Source: Gammaproteobacteria bacterium
GTDB taxonomy: Bacteria > Pseudomonadota > Gammaproteobacteria > Natronospirales > JAJUFS01
Assembly (NCBI GenBank): GCA_036381715.1
Contig: DASVCH010000172.1
Coordinates: forward strand, 1 to 59,925
Reading direction: 5' to 3'
Length of the DNA: 59,925 nucleotides
A model generated the notes under the pieces. That model was not told the DNA's origin. It searched no databases and saw nothing but the letters and a program-made list of their open reading frames with translations. How positions within the stretch are numbered: position 1 is the first letter of the stretch; each line of letters starts with the position of its first letter. Of the stretch, positions 28,871-37,954 are shown piece by piece. Made by a program: the position numbers and the translations under genes.

Positions 28871-30112
28871 TTGTCCAAGCGTCGTGTCGTCATAACCGGT
28901 CTCGGCATCGTTTCGCCCGTCGGCAATTCGATTGACGAGGCGTGGAAGAACATCACCGCGGGCAGGAGCGGGATCGGTCCCATCACGCATTTCGATGCCA
29001 CCAACTTCCCGACCCGTTTTGCCGGCGAGGTGAAGGGCTTCAACGTCGAGGATTATCTCTCGGCGAAGGAAGCGCGCCGCATGGATCCGTTCATTCATTA
29101 CGGGCTGGCGGCATCCATCCAGGCCATCAGGGATTCGGGCATTGAAGTGACCGAAGACAATGCGCCGCGCATCGGCGCGATGGTCGGCGCCGGCATTGGC
29201 GGCATCCAGTTCATCGAGAACACCTCGCTGAGCATCGCCGAGCACGACGGGCCGAAGAAGGTTTCGCCGTTCTTCGTTCCCGGCAGCATCATCAACATGA
29301 TCTCGGGAAATCTGTCGATCATGTACGGACTGAAAGGTCCGAACCTTGCCATCGTCACGGCCTGCACCACTGCCACGCACAACATCGGTCATGCCGCGCG
29401 CATCATTCAGCACGGCGATGCCGACGTGATGGTTGCCGGCGGCGCGGAACACGCGACAACGCCGCTTGGCGTCGGCGGCTTCTGCGCCGCGCGCGCTCTC
29501 TCGACACGCAATGACGATCCGGAGCGCGCCTCGCGCCCCTGGGACAAGGACCGCGATGGTTTCGTGCTGTCCGACGGCTCGGGCGTGATTGTCATCGAAG
29601 AATACGAACACGCGAAAGCGCGCGGCGCCAAGATCTATTGCGAACTGATCGGCATGGGCCAGAGCGGGGATGCGTACCACATTACCGGCACGCCGGAAGA
29701 CGGTGACGGGGCCCGCCGGTGCATGCTCGCCGCCGTGAAGGACGCGGGCATCGAACTGGAAGCCGTGGACTACATCAACGCACACGGCACCTCCACGCAA
29801 GTCGGTGACAAGGGCGAAACCGTCGCGATCAAGCGCGCTTTCGGTGATCACGCGATGAAACTTGCCGTGTCCTCGACGAAGTCCATGACCGGACACCTGC
29901 TCGGCGCGGCCGGCGGCGTTGAAGCCATCTTCACCATACTCGCGATGCGCGATTCCATCGCGCCGCCGACCATAAACCTGGAAAATCCGGCCGAGGACTG
30001 CGATCTCGACTACGTGCCCGGCAAGGCGCGCGAGATGAAGATCGATGTCGCGCTGTCGAATTCCTTCGGTTTCGGCGGCACGAACGGGACGCTGGTGTTC
30101 CGGAAAATCTGA
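28871..30112 (+). CDS. fabF: 3-oxoacyl-ACP synthase II
   Basis: [48 protein letters not shown] start. Confidence 0.97.
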   Translation: MSKRRVVITGLGIVSPVGNSIDEAWKNITAGRSGIGPITHFDATNFPTRFAGEVKGFNVEDYLSAKEARRMDPFIHYGLAASIQAIRDSGIEVTEDNAPRIGAMVGAGIGGIQFIENTSLSIAEHDGPKKVSPFFVPGSIINMISGNLSIMYGLKGPNLAIVTACTTATHNIGHAARIIQHGDADVMVAGGAEHATTPLGVGGFCAARALSTRNDDPERASRPWDKDRDGFVLSDGSGVIVIEEYEHAKARGAKIYCELIGMGQSGDAYHITGTPEDGDGARRCMLAAVKDAGIELEAVDYINAHGTSTQVGDKGETVAIKRAFGDHAMKLAVSSTKSMTGHLLGAAGGVEAIFTILAMRDSIAPPTINLENPAEDCDLDYVPGKAREMKIDVALSNSFGFGGTNGTLVFRKI

Positions 30113-30166
30113 ATATTCCTGCCGCGGCCGTCCGGCCGCGGCAGATTTCTTCACGAGAGGCGCGAC

Positions 30167-31510
30167 ATGGCGATCCGGGAAATTCACGGTACGCCGGACC
30201 TGCTGGCGCTGCATCGGCACGATCCTTCACGTTACCCGCATCTGCTGGAAAGCGCCGCGCGCGGCGAACCGCTCGGCCGCTTCGACATCCTGTTCGCGTT
30301 TCCGGGCGACACGCTCACGCTTGCAGGCAATGGCGAATTGCACGGGCCCTTCGCGACGTCGGGCTTCCTGGATTCCCTCCAGGCATGGATGGATGCGGAG
30401 CATGCATCGGCCGCGGATGACGTTTCGCATCTCCCGTTTCATGGCGGCTGGTTCGTGTTCCTTTCGTATGAACTCGCCGGCGAGATCGAGCCGAGGCTGA
30501 AACTTCATCCCGATGCGCGCTGGCCCGTTGCGCTCGCGACGCGATTCCCGGCGGCAGTGATCCGCGATCATGCGGCGAAACAAACCTGGCTGGTCAGCGA
30601 GGACGAATCCCTTCTCGCGCTCATGCTTGCCGACCTTGCCGTGGCGAAGGACATTCCCGAACTGCCCCGGCTCGACCTTCGGGACATCGACGAAGAGGAC
30701 GCGCAGCGTTACGAGGGCATGGTGGAACGCGTCGTGCGTTACATCATCGACGGCGATGTTTTCCAGGCGAACATTTCGCGGCCGTGGACGGGGAATATCG
30801 ACGGCGGACTTCCGCACTGGGCCATCCACGATCATTTGCGCCGCGCGAATCCCGCGCCGTTCGCAGCGCTGGTGACGTGGAACGAGCAGGCGATCATCAG
30901 CTCTTCGCCCGAACGGCTGGTCGAGATTCGCGGCGACTGCGTGCAGACCCGGCCGATCGCGGGCACGCGTCCGCGCGGCAACGATCCGGAAAAGGACCGC
31001 GCCTTGCTGGACGAGCTGATCGCGCATCCGAAAGAACGCGCCGAGCACATCATGCTCATCGATCTCGAGCGCAACGACCTCGGGCGCATTGCCATTCCCG
31101 GCACCGTCGAAGTCGACGAACTCATGGCGCTGGAAAGCTACGCGCACGTGCATCACATCGTCTCGAACGTCCGCGCGAAGCGCCGGCCGGAAATCGGCGC
31201 GGCCGGCGTGATTCGCGCGGTATTCCCCGGCGGAACGATCACGGGATGCCCGAAAGTGCGCTGCATGGAAATCATCGCCGAACTCGAACAGGCGTCGCGC
31301 TGCGCGTACACGGGTTCGCTGGGGTACTTCAACCGCGACGGCAGCGGCGACCTGAACATTCTCATACGCACCATCATGCGTGACGGCGAGCGGATCGCCT
31401 TTCGCGCCGGCGCCGGCATCGTGGCGGATTCGATTCCGGAGCGCGAAGTCGCCGAAACGCGCGCCAAGGCGCGCGGCATGCTGCTGGCGCTGCGTGGAGA
31501 CGAACGATGA
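30167..31510 (+). CDS. pabB: Aminodeoxychorismate synthase component I
   Basis: LLESAA, GDVFQAN, SSSPERL, RPIAGT, KERAEHIMLIDLERNDLG, PGGTITGCPK; next to pabC. Confidence 0.88.
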   Translation: MAIREIHGTPDLLALHRHDPSRYPHLLESAARGEPLGRFDILFAFPGDTLTLAGNGELHGPFATSGFLDSLQAWMDAEHASAADDVSHLPFHGGWFVFLSYELAGEIEPRLKLHPDARWPVALATRFPAAVIRDHAAKQTWLVSEDESLLALMLADLAVAKDIPELPRLDLRDIDEEDAQRYEGMVERVVRYIIDGDVFQANISRPWTGNIDGGLPHWAIHDHLRRANPAPFAALVTWNEQAIISSSPERLVEIRGDCVQTRPIAGTRPRGNDPEKDRALLDELIAHPKERAEHIMLIDLERNDLGRIAIPGTVEVDELMALESYAHVHHIVSNVRAKRRPEIGAAGVIRAVFPGGTITGCPKVRCMEIIAELEQASRCAYTGSLGYFNRDGSGDLNILIRTIMRDGERIAFRAGAGIVADSIPEREVAETRAKARGMLLALRGDER

Positions 31511-32337
31511 CTTTCATTGACGGTCAGCGCGTCGACACCTTGCCGGCGGATGACCGCGGTCTCGCCTACGGCGACGGCGTGTTCGAAACGCTGCGCGCGC
31601 GCAAGGGCAGGCTGCCGCTGCTCGATTGCCACCTGGAGCGCCTGTTCGCGGGCCTGGGTGTACTCGGCATTCCGCGGGTGCCGGTTGAAATCCTGCGACG
31701 CGAACTGCGCGATGCCGCGCGCGAGAATCCCGAAGGCGTCATCAAGCTGATCGTCACGCGCGGCAGCGGCACGCGCGGCTACCGGACGCCCGCGGACTGC
31801 GCGCCACGGCGGATCATCACAGCAGCGCCGCTCGGCATCGATCTTGCCGCCTGGCGCGCGCGCGGCGTCGCGCTGCGCATCTGCGTGACGCCGCTCGAAG
31901 GTCCGCGCGCGCTTGACGGCCTGAAGCACCTGAACCGGCTTTCGCAGGTGCTGGCCCGCGCGGAATGGCGCGATCCCGGCATTCACGAAGGCCTGATGCG
32001 CAATGCTGCAGGCAGGCTGGTTGAAGGCACAATGAGCAACCTGTTCGCGGTGCGAAACGGCCTGCTGTTGACGCCACCGGTCGGCGCAGGCGTGCGCGGC
32101 GTGATGCGGCGCCTGGTGCTGGAACTCGCCGCGGCACGGGACATCGAAACGGCCGAACGCTTTCTCGACGACGCGGAAATCGAAACGGCGGACGAACTTT
32201 TCATCACCAACAGCGTGATCGGCGTCTGCCCGGTGCAACGACTGGCGAAGCGACGATTCCGCATTGGTACAATGACCCGGCTGATGCAGGCCGAAACGGA
32301 AAACGAACTCGAGCGACGCGCATGTTCCGACGATTGA
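31507..32337 (+). CDS. pabC: Aminodeoxychorismate lyase
   Basis: DRGLAYGDGVFET, GLKHLNRL, EGTMSNLF. Confidence 0.93.
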   Translation: MTFIDGQRVDTLPADDRGLAYGDGVFETLRARKGRLPLLDCHLERLFAGLGVLGIPRVPVEILRRELRDAARENPEGVIKLIVTRGSGTRGYRTPADCAPRRIITAAPLGIDLAAWRARGVALRICVTPLEGPRALDGLKHLNRLSQVLARAEWRDPGIHEGLMRNAAGRLVEGTMSNLFAVRNGLLLTPPVGAGVRGVMRRLVLELAAARDIETAERFLDDAEIETADELFITNSVIGVCPVQRLAKRRFRIGTMTRLMQAETENELERRACSDD

Positions 32338-33362
32338 TCATTCTCCTGCCCATCATCCTGCTTGCGGTCGCGGTTTTCGCGGCGTTCACGCAATACCAGC
32401 GCTGGCAGGCCGCGCCGCTGCCGCTGGGCGCGGACGGCGAAACCATACATGTGCCGCCCGGCGTGGCGCTGGACGCGCTTGCCGAGCAGCTCGCGGCGGA
32501 TGGCGTCATCGAACACGCCTGGGATCTCAAGCTGCTCGCGCGGCTGCGCGGCGATGCGGCGAGCGTGAAGGCCGGGGAGTACGAGCTCGCACCGGGCCTC
32601 ACGCTGGACGGCCTGCTCGACAAGATGGTGGCAGGCCACGTCAAGCTCTACGCGCTGACCATCGTGGAGGGCATCACGGTGGTTGAACTTCTCGACCAGC
32701 TTGCCGCGCATCCCGCGATCCGGCACACGCTGGACGACGACGTGTCAGCCGTCACGCTGGCAAAGGAACTGGGCCTGCCCACCGACCACGCCGAAGGCTG
32801 GTTCCTCCCGGAGACCTGGCATTTCCCGCGCGGCACGACGGACGTTGCGGTGCTGCAGCGCGCGCACCAGGCGATGCGCGAGGTGCTCGAATCGGCATGG
32901 GCCGGGCGCGATGACGGCCTGCCGATCGACTCGGCCTACGAAGCGCTGATTCTCGCTTCGATCATCGAGAAGGAAACCGCGGTGGAGTCCGAGCGTACGC
33001 GCATCGCGGGCGTCTTCACGCGACGCCTTGAACGCGGCATGCGCCTGCAGACCGACCCGACGGTGATCTACGGTCTCGGCGAGAAATACACGGGCGATAT
33101 CCGCTACCGCGATCTCCGCACCGACACGCCGTACAACACCTACACGCGTTCGGGCCTGCCGCCGACGCCGATCGCGCTGCCCGGCCGCGAATCGATCCTC
33201 GCCGCCGTGCACCCGGCGGAAGGCGACGCGCTGTATTTCGTCGCGCGCGGTCCTGGCCGCGAGCACGTCTTTTCCGCCACGCTCGAAGAACACAACCGCG
33301 CGGTGCGGAAATACCAGTCCGAACGCCAGCCGCTGGAGACCGGCCAGGACGACGCGACGTGA
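32322..33362 (+). CDS. mltG: Endolytic transglycosylase
   Basis: N-terminal TM, ASIIEKET, GMRLQTDPT, PYNTY, GLPPTPI, LYFVA. Confidence 0.96.
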   Translation: MFRRLIILLPIILLAVAVFAAFTQYQRWQAAPLPLGADGETIHVPPGVALDALAEQLAADGVIEHAWDLKLLARLRGDAASVKAGEYELAPGLTLDGLLDKMVAGHVKLYALTIVEGITVVELLDQLAAHPAIRHTLDDDVSAVTLAKELGLPTDHAEGWFLPETWHFPRGTTDVAVLQRAHQAMREVLESAWAGRDDGLPIDSAYEALILASIIEKETAVESERTRIAGVFTRRLERGMRLQTDPTVIYGLGEKYTGDIRYRDLRTDTPYNTYTRSGLPPTPIALPGRESILAAVHPAEGDALYFVARGPGREHVFSATLEEHNRAVRKYQSERQPLETGQDDAT

Positions 33363-33991
33363 GCGGCGTTTTCATCACCGTGGAAGGCGTGGAAGGGGCA
33401 GGCAAGACCACGCAGCTCGCCTGCCTCCGCGACTTCCTGGAAGCGGCGGGCAAACGCGTGGTCATGACGCGCGAACCCGGCGGCACGCCTTTCGCCGAAG
33501 CGGTGCGCGAGCTGCTGCTCGCGCCGCGGGAGGAAAAGGTCGCGGCCGACGCCGAACTGCTGCTGATGTTCGCGGCGCGCGCGGCGCATCTTGAAGAACG
33601 CATCCGGCCGGCGCTGGCGCGCGGCAAGTGGGTGGTTTGCGATCGTTTCACCGACGCGACCTACGCCTACCAGGGCGGCGGCCGCGGCGTGCCGCACGAG
33701 CGCATTCGGGTGCTCGAGGATTTCGTCCAGCGCGGATTGCGTCCCGACATGACACTGTTCCTGGATGCGCCGGTGGATATCGGGCTTGCGCGGGCGCGCG
33801 GGCGCGACGAGACGCCGGATCGCTTCGAGCGCGAAGACGTCGCGTTCTTCGAGCGCGTGCGGCAGGTTTATCACGACCGCGTCGCGGCCGAACCCGGGCG
33901 CTTCACGGTGATCGACGCCGCCCGTTCCGTGGATGAGGTGCGTCGCGATGTCGAAGCCGCATTGACGCGTTTTCTCGGGGGCCGCGCGTGA
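33359..33991 (+). CDS. tmk: Thymidylate kinase
   Basis: FITVEGVEGAGKTT, TREPGGT, CDRFTDATYAYQG. Confidence 0.97.
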   Translation: MSGVFITVEGVEGAGKTTQLACLRDFLEAAGKRVVMTREPGGTPFAEAVRELLLAPREEKVAADAELLLMFAARAAHLEERIRPALARGKWVVCDRFTDATYAYQGGGRGVPHERIRVLEDFVQRGLRPDMTLFLDAPVDIGLARARGRDETPDRFEREDVAFFERVRQVYHDRVAAEPGRFTVIDAARSVDEVRRDVEAALTRFLGGRA

Positions 33992-35016
33992 CGGCGCCGT
34001 ATCCCTGGCTGGAAGACAGCTGGCGGCGGCTCGCGGATTACCACGCGGCAGGCCGCGTGCCGCATGCGCTCCTGCTCACCGGTCCCGCCGGGCTCGGCAA
34101 GGTCGAGCTCGCGCGCGGTTTCCTGAACCGCCTGCTTTGCCGCGACACGGAAAACGTGCCGTGCGGGCAATGCGACGCCTGCGCGCAGTGGCAGGCCGGC
34201 AGCCACCCCGATTTTCACGAAGTGACGCTGGAAGAGGACGACAAGGGGAAGTTGCGAAAACAGATCGTGGTTGACCAGGTGCGCGCGCTGTCCGCGGAAA
34301 TGTCGTTGACCGCGAGGCAGGGCGGCTGGAAGGTCGCATTGATCCAGCCGGCCGACGCGATGAACGTCAACGCCGCGAACAGCCTGTTGAAAACACTCGA
34401 AGAACCGCCGCCGCAAAGCCTGCTCCTGCTGGTCAGCAGCCGGCCGGCGAACCTGCCCGCGACCATTCGCAGCCGTTGCCAGCAACTGGCCGTACCGCGC
34501 CCCTCGATGGAGGCCAGCCTCGGCTGGCTGCGCGCCGAAGGCGTCCGCCAGCCGGAGCTTGCACTGGCCTACGCGCGCGGCGTGCCCTTGCGCGCGAAGG
34601 CGCTGACAGACGGCGACTTCCTGCGGCAGCGTGGCGAACTGTTGCAGCGCGTGGCGGCCGTGCAGGATCGCGGCGCCAGTGCGGTGACGGTGGCGGGAGA
34701 ATTCGAAGCGCGCGATTCGGCGGCGGTCATTGAATTCCTCGATGCCGTGACCGAAGACCTGGTGCGGCTCGTGCAGCTCCCGGGGGATGTTGCTCGCCTT
34801 CGTAATCCGGACCTGCTTAACTCCTTGAAAACATTGGCCGACCGCGTAAACTTGACGGCGCTGCACCGCTATCGCCAGGCGCTGGCGGAGGCGCGCCGGC
34901 TGGCGGAAACGCCCGTCAACGCGCGGATGCTGCTCGAGACCCTGTTGCTGCCCTGGGCGGCCGGCATGAACGCCGCGACCAACGAACGGGTACTGGACCG
35001 ACTGCTGGAAGGATAA
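33988..35016 (+). CDS. holB: DNA polymerase III delta' subunit
   Basis: YPW, HALLLTG, CGQCDAC, HPD, AANSLLKTLEEP, TIRSRC. Confidence 0.96.
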   Translation: MTAPYPWLEDSWRRLADYHAAGRVPHALLLTGPAGLGKVELARGFLNRLLCRDTENVPCGQCDACAQWQAGSHPDFHEVTLEEDDKGKLRKQIVVDQVRALSAEMSLTARQGGWKVALIQPADAMNVNAANSLLKTLEEPPPQSLLLLVSSRPANLPATIRSRCQQLAVPRPSMEASLGWLRAEGVRQPELALAYARGVPLRAKALTDGDFLRQRGELLQRVAAVQDRGASAVTVAGEFEARDSAAVIEFLDAVTEDLVRLVQLPGDVARLRNPDLLNSLKTLADRVNLTALHRYRQALAEARRLAETPVNARMLLETLLLPWAAGMNAATNERVLDRLLEG

Positions 35017-35018
35017 TC

Positions 35019-35369
35019 ATGGCCACGCCATCGCCGCGTCAGGGCATCCTGACGCTCACCATCAAGGACAAGAGCGCGCTGTATGTCGCGTACATGCCGT
35101 TCATCAGGAACGGCGGCCTGTTCATCCCGACCAGCAAGCCATACCGTCTCGGCGACGAAGTCTTCATCCTGCTCACCCTCATGGACCAGACCGAACGCAT
35201 TCCGGTCGCCGGACGCATCGTCTGGGTCACGCCGCGCGGCGCGCAGGGCAAGCGCGCGGCCGGCATCGGCGTGCAGTTCTCCGACCAGGACGGCGGCCAG
35301 ACGCAGAAGAAGATCGAAACCTATCTCGCCGGCGCACTGGGCGCGGACCGGCCGACGCATACGATGTAG
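35019..35369 (+). CDS. pilZ: Type IV pilus assembly protein PilZ
   Basis: AYMPFIRNGGLFIPT, WVTP, GIGVQF, RPTHTM; holB-pilZ-tatD synteny. Confidence 0.95.
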   Translation: MATPSPRQGILTLTIKDKSALYVAYMPFIRNGGLFIPTSKPYRLGDEVFILLTLMDQTERIPVAGRIVWVTPRGAQGKRAAGIGVQFSDQDGGQTQKKIETYLAGALGADRPTHTM

Positions 35370-35416
35370 GAGCGATCCTGCGCGCGATACGTTTCGGCCG
35401 CGGAGCGGCCTCCTGC
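35366..35416. repeat. GTAG-type REP doublet overlapping the pilZ stop codon
   Basis: GTAGGAGCGATCCTGCGCGCGA...TCGGCCGCGGAGCGGCCTCCTGC, similar to 3607-3677. Confidence 0.7.
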
Positions 35417-35426
35417 AGGCCTCGTT

Positions 35427-36218
35427 ATGCTCATCGACTCCCACTGTCATCTCGACATGCTCACGCCGGTGAAAGAGGGTGGCGGCCTCGACGCCGTCCT
35501 TGAGCCTGCGCGTGAAAGCGGCATTACGCATTTTCTCTGCGTTGGCGTGAACTTCGAAGACCTGCCCGGAATGCTGTCGCTGATCGCCGGCCGCGAAAAC
35601 GTTTTCGCCTCTGCCGGCGTGCATCCTTCCGCGCAGCCGGAAGCCGAACCTTCGCAGGAAGACATCGAACGCGCGGCTTCGCATCCGCAGGTTGTCGCCG
35701 TCGGTGAAACGGGACTGGATTATTACTACGACACGGTTCCCCGCGAAATCCAGCAGGAACGTTTCCGCAACCACGTTCGCGCAGCCGTGAAGCTCGACAA
35801 GCCGTTGATCGTGCATACCCGCGATGCGCGCGAGGACACGATCACCGTCCTGAGGGAAGAGGGCGCGGCGACGTGCGGCGGAGTGCTGCACTGTTTTACC
35901 GAGTCCTGGGAAATGGCCGCGGCGGCCATGGATATCGGCTTCTACATTTCACTGTCGGGCATCGTGACGTTTCGAAATGCGGAAGCCTTGCGCGACGTTG
36001 CGCGGCGCGTGCCGCTGGATCGCCTGCTGGTCGAAACCGACTCGCCGTACCTCGCGCCCGTGCCGATGCGTGGCAAGGAAAACCGGCCGGAATACGTGCG
36101 GCATGTCGCCGAGTTCATCGCGAAGGAACGTGGCATCGCCTTTGAGGAACTGGCGAAGGCGACGACGGAGAATTTCTTCAGGCTGTTCGGCAAGGCGAAG
36201 AAGAACGGACAGGATTAA
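35427..36218 (+). CDS. TatD-family hydrolase/DNase (YcfH-like)
   Basis: DSHCH, GVHP, VGETGLDY, HTRDA, HCFT, ETDSPY. Confidence 0.95.
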   Translation: MLIDSHCHLDMLTPVKEGGGLDAVLEPARESGITHFLCVGVNFEDLPGMLSLIAGRENVFASAGVHPSAQPEAEPSQEDIERAASHPQVVAVGETGLDYYYDTVPREIQQERFRNHVRAAVKLDKPLIVHTRDAREDTITVLREEGAATCGGVLHCFTESWEMAAAAMDIGFYISLSGIVTFRNAEALRDVARRVPLDRLLVETDSPYLAPVPMRGKENRPEYVRHVAEFIAKERGIAFEELAKATTENFFRLFGKAKKNGQD

Positions 36219-36240
36219 CAGCATTCCGGATTGATCCTGT
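36207..36240 (+). repeat. CAGGAT-based repeat element, copy C (short; supplies the TatD stop)
   Basis: GGACAGGATTAACAG at 36207-36221 plus inverted TTGATCCTGT at 36231-36240. Confidence 0.65.
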
Positions 36241-36254
36241 ATCCGCTGTCCAAT

Positions 36255-36287
36255 AAAAAAGGCGCCCGATTCCGCGGGCGCCTTTTT
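36255..36287. terminator. Bidirectional intrinsic terminator
   Basis: AAAAAAGGCGCCCG-attccg-CGGGCGCCTTTTT between convergent genes. Confidence 0.9.
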
Positions 36288-36303
36288 CGTGCACGATTTT
36301 CGT

Positions 36304-37341
36304 TCAGGTATCGCCCTGCCAGCCGCCTTTCAGTACCGCGACCGTGAAGCCGCGTTCCGAGAGAATATAGGCGGCGGCCGATGAACGGCGGCCGGTGTCA
36401 CAGAAGGCAACGTAGCTTTTCTTCGGGTCGAGCTGGTTCATCTTCAGGCGCACGAAATAGAGCGGGATATTGAGCGCGCCTTCCGGGTGCGAGTTCTCGA
36501 ATTCGCTCGGCAGGCGAACGTCCAGCCACTGGCCGCCGTTGGCGACGATCTGCTTCGCTTTTTCCATGTCGACCCAGTTGAGCATGGGCTCGTTCAGCAG
36601 GGTCTTGAAGTCGTCCTTGCCGAGGCGCATGAGCTGGCCGTCGGTGATCATGGTGATGGTCGCGTTGCGCTTGGCGTCCGAAATCAGCGCTTCCTCGCCG
36701 AAGGAATCGCCGACGCCGAGTTCGGCGAGCTTGATGCCCGTCTTGTTGGTCGGCGTCTCGCGCGTCACCACGCACTTGCCCTGCGTGATGATGTAGAAGT
36801 AGTCGCCGTCCTCGCCCTGCTTGATGACCGTTTCGCCGCTTTTCTTGTTGACCGGCTGCATGCGCATGAACATCGCCTGGATGTTCGCCGGCGGAATCTT
36901 GTGGAAGGCCTTGGTCTGCAGGATCGCCGCCATCCAGTCGTCACCGGTGTCCTCTTCGGCATGCAGTTCGCCCACTTCGAAGGAACCTGTCTGGTCCCAG
37001 GTGAGCATGATGTCGAGCAGGTCGGAATCGACCGCGATGTATTCGATGTCGGTCCTTGCGCGCGCGCTGACCTGGCGCGGCGTCTGCGGCGCCAGCGGGT
37101 GCCGGGAATCCGGCGTGCCGCCGACGACGGTGCGCATGACGGTGTCGCCCTGGCGCAGCTCGATTTCCCCCGAGATGACATAGACGGTGCGCTTGTCGCT
37201 GTCGCCTTCCTTGAAGATGTAGCGGCCCGCGCCAAGCGCCTGGATCGGGGTCTTGTTGGCGATTTCTGCCTGGTTTTCCGGTTTGAGGCCGCTCAGCGGG
37301 GTCAGGGTCTTGAGGAAGTCCCGGTCAACGTTCTTCGACAT
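36304..37341 (-). CDS. Tandem cyclic-nucleotide-binding domains + rhodanese domain protein
   Basis: IFKEGD..YVISGEI (cNMP1); IKQGEDGDYFYII...FGEEAL...RNAT (cNMP2); LDVR..EF...GALNIP...CDTGRRS (rhodanese). Confidence 0.9.
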   Translation of the reverse strand: MSKNVDRDFLKTLTPLSGLKPENQAEIANKTPIQALGAGRYIFKEGDSDKRTVYVISGEIELRQGDTVMRTVVGGTPDSRHPLAPQTPRQVSARARTDIEYIAVDSDLLDIMLTWDQTGSFEVGELHAEEDTGDDWMAAILQTKAFHKIPPANIQAMFMRMQPVNKKSGETVIKQGEDGDYFYIITQGKCVVTRETPTNKTGIKLAELGVGDSFGEEALISDAKRNATITMITDGQLMRLGKDDFKTLLNEPMLNWVDMEKAKQIVANGGQWLDVRLPSEFENSHPEGALNIPLYFVRLKMNQLDPKKSYVAFCDTGRRSSAAAYILSERGFTVAVLKGGWQGDT

Positions 37342-37533
37342 GCTGGGGTCGCCCGTTGTGATGTTCAATCTTGTTCTGGCTTTGGTTCCGGACTTTCCGG
37401 TCCGGTTATGTTATGCGCGCTCTGCACGCGGCAAGTCTATCATCCCCGCGCTGCTCCCGCAGCCGCCGGGTGGCGGCCGCGCCCCGTGGCGTATCCGAGG
37501 AAAAGCCTCAGGAAATGGCGGCAATATCCTGAA

Positions 37534-37932
37534 TCAGGGGGATTCCGGCACTTTCCGTGGCATGCGGTCCGCGCCGATATGGACGTAGGTGATGCGCGCC
37601 GTCGCAACCCGGACCTGCTCCTCGCGGCCGTCGGTGTTGCGCATGGAAAACATGGTGATGTCGATGGTGATGGAGCTGTTGCCGACACGATTCACGTCCG
37701 TGTAGAAGCTGACCACGTCGCCGACGAACACCGGCCGCAGGAAGGAGAATTCGTTCACGGCGATGGTGACGACCCGGCCGCGCGCGCGGCGGTATGCCAG
37801 CACGGCGCCGGCGATGTCCGCATGCGACATCAGCCAGCCGCCGAAAATGTCCCCGAGCCCGTTCGTGTCCCTGGGCATCGCCATGGTGCGGACGGTGGCT
37901 TCCTGGTCGTCGGGCGGCGTTTCGCGGTACAT
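37534..37932 (-). CDS. Acyl-CoA thioesterase (YciA/hotdog family)
   Basis: AMPRDTN..GDIFGGWLMS..DIAG, PVFVGD, GNSSI. Confidence 0.92.
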   Translation of the reverse strand: MYRETPPDDQEATVRTMAMPRDTNGLGDIFGGWLMSHADIAGAVLAYRRARGRVVTIAVNEFSFLRPVFVGDVVSFYTDVNRVGNSSITIDITMFSMRNTDGREEQVRVATARITYVHIGADRMPRKVPESP

Positions 37933-37954
37933 CGATATTCCTTATTAAATGGGG

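Noticed and set aside
35019..35369. PilZ as the c-di-GMP receptor for the GGDEF/EAL genes in the window
   Set aside because: It is the holB-linked pilus-assembly type and lacks the RxxxR motif
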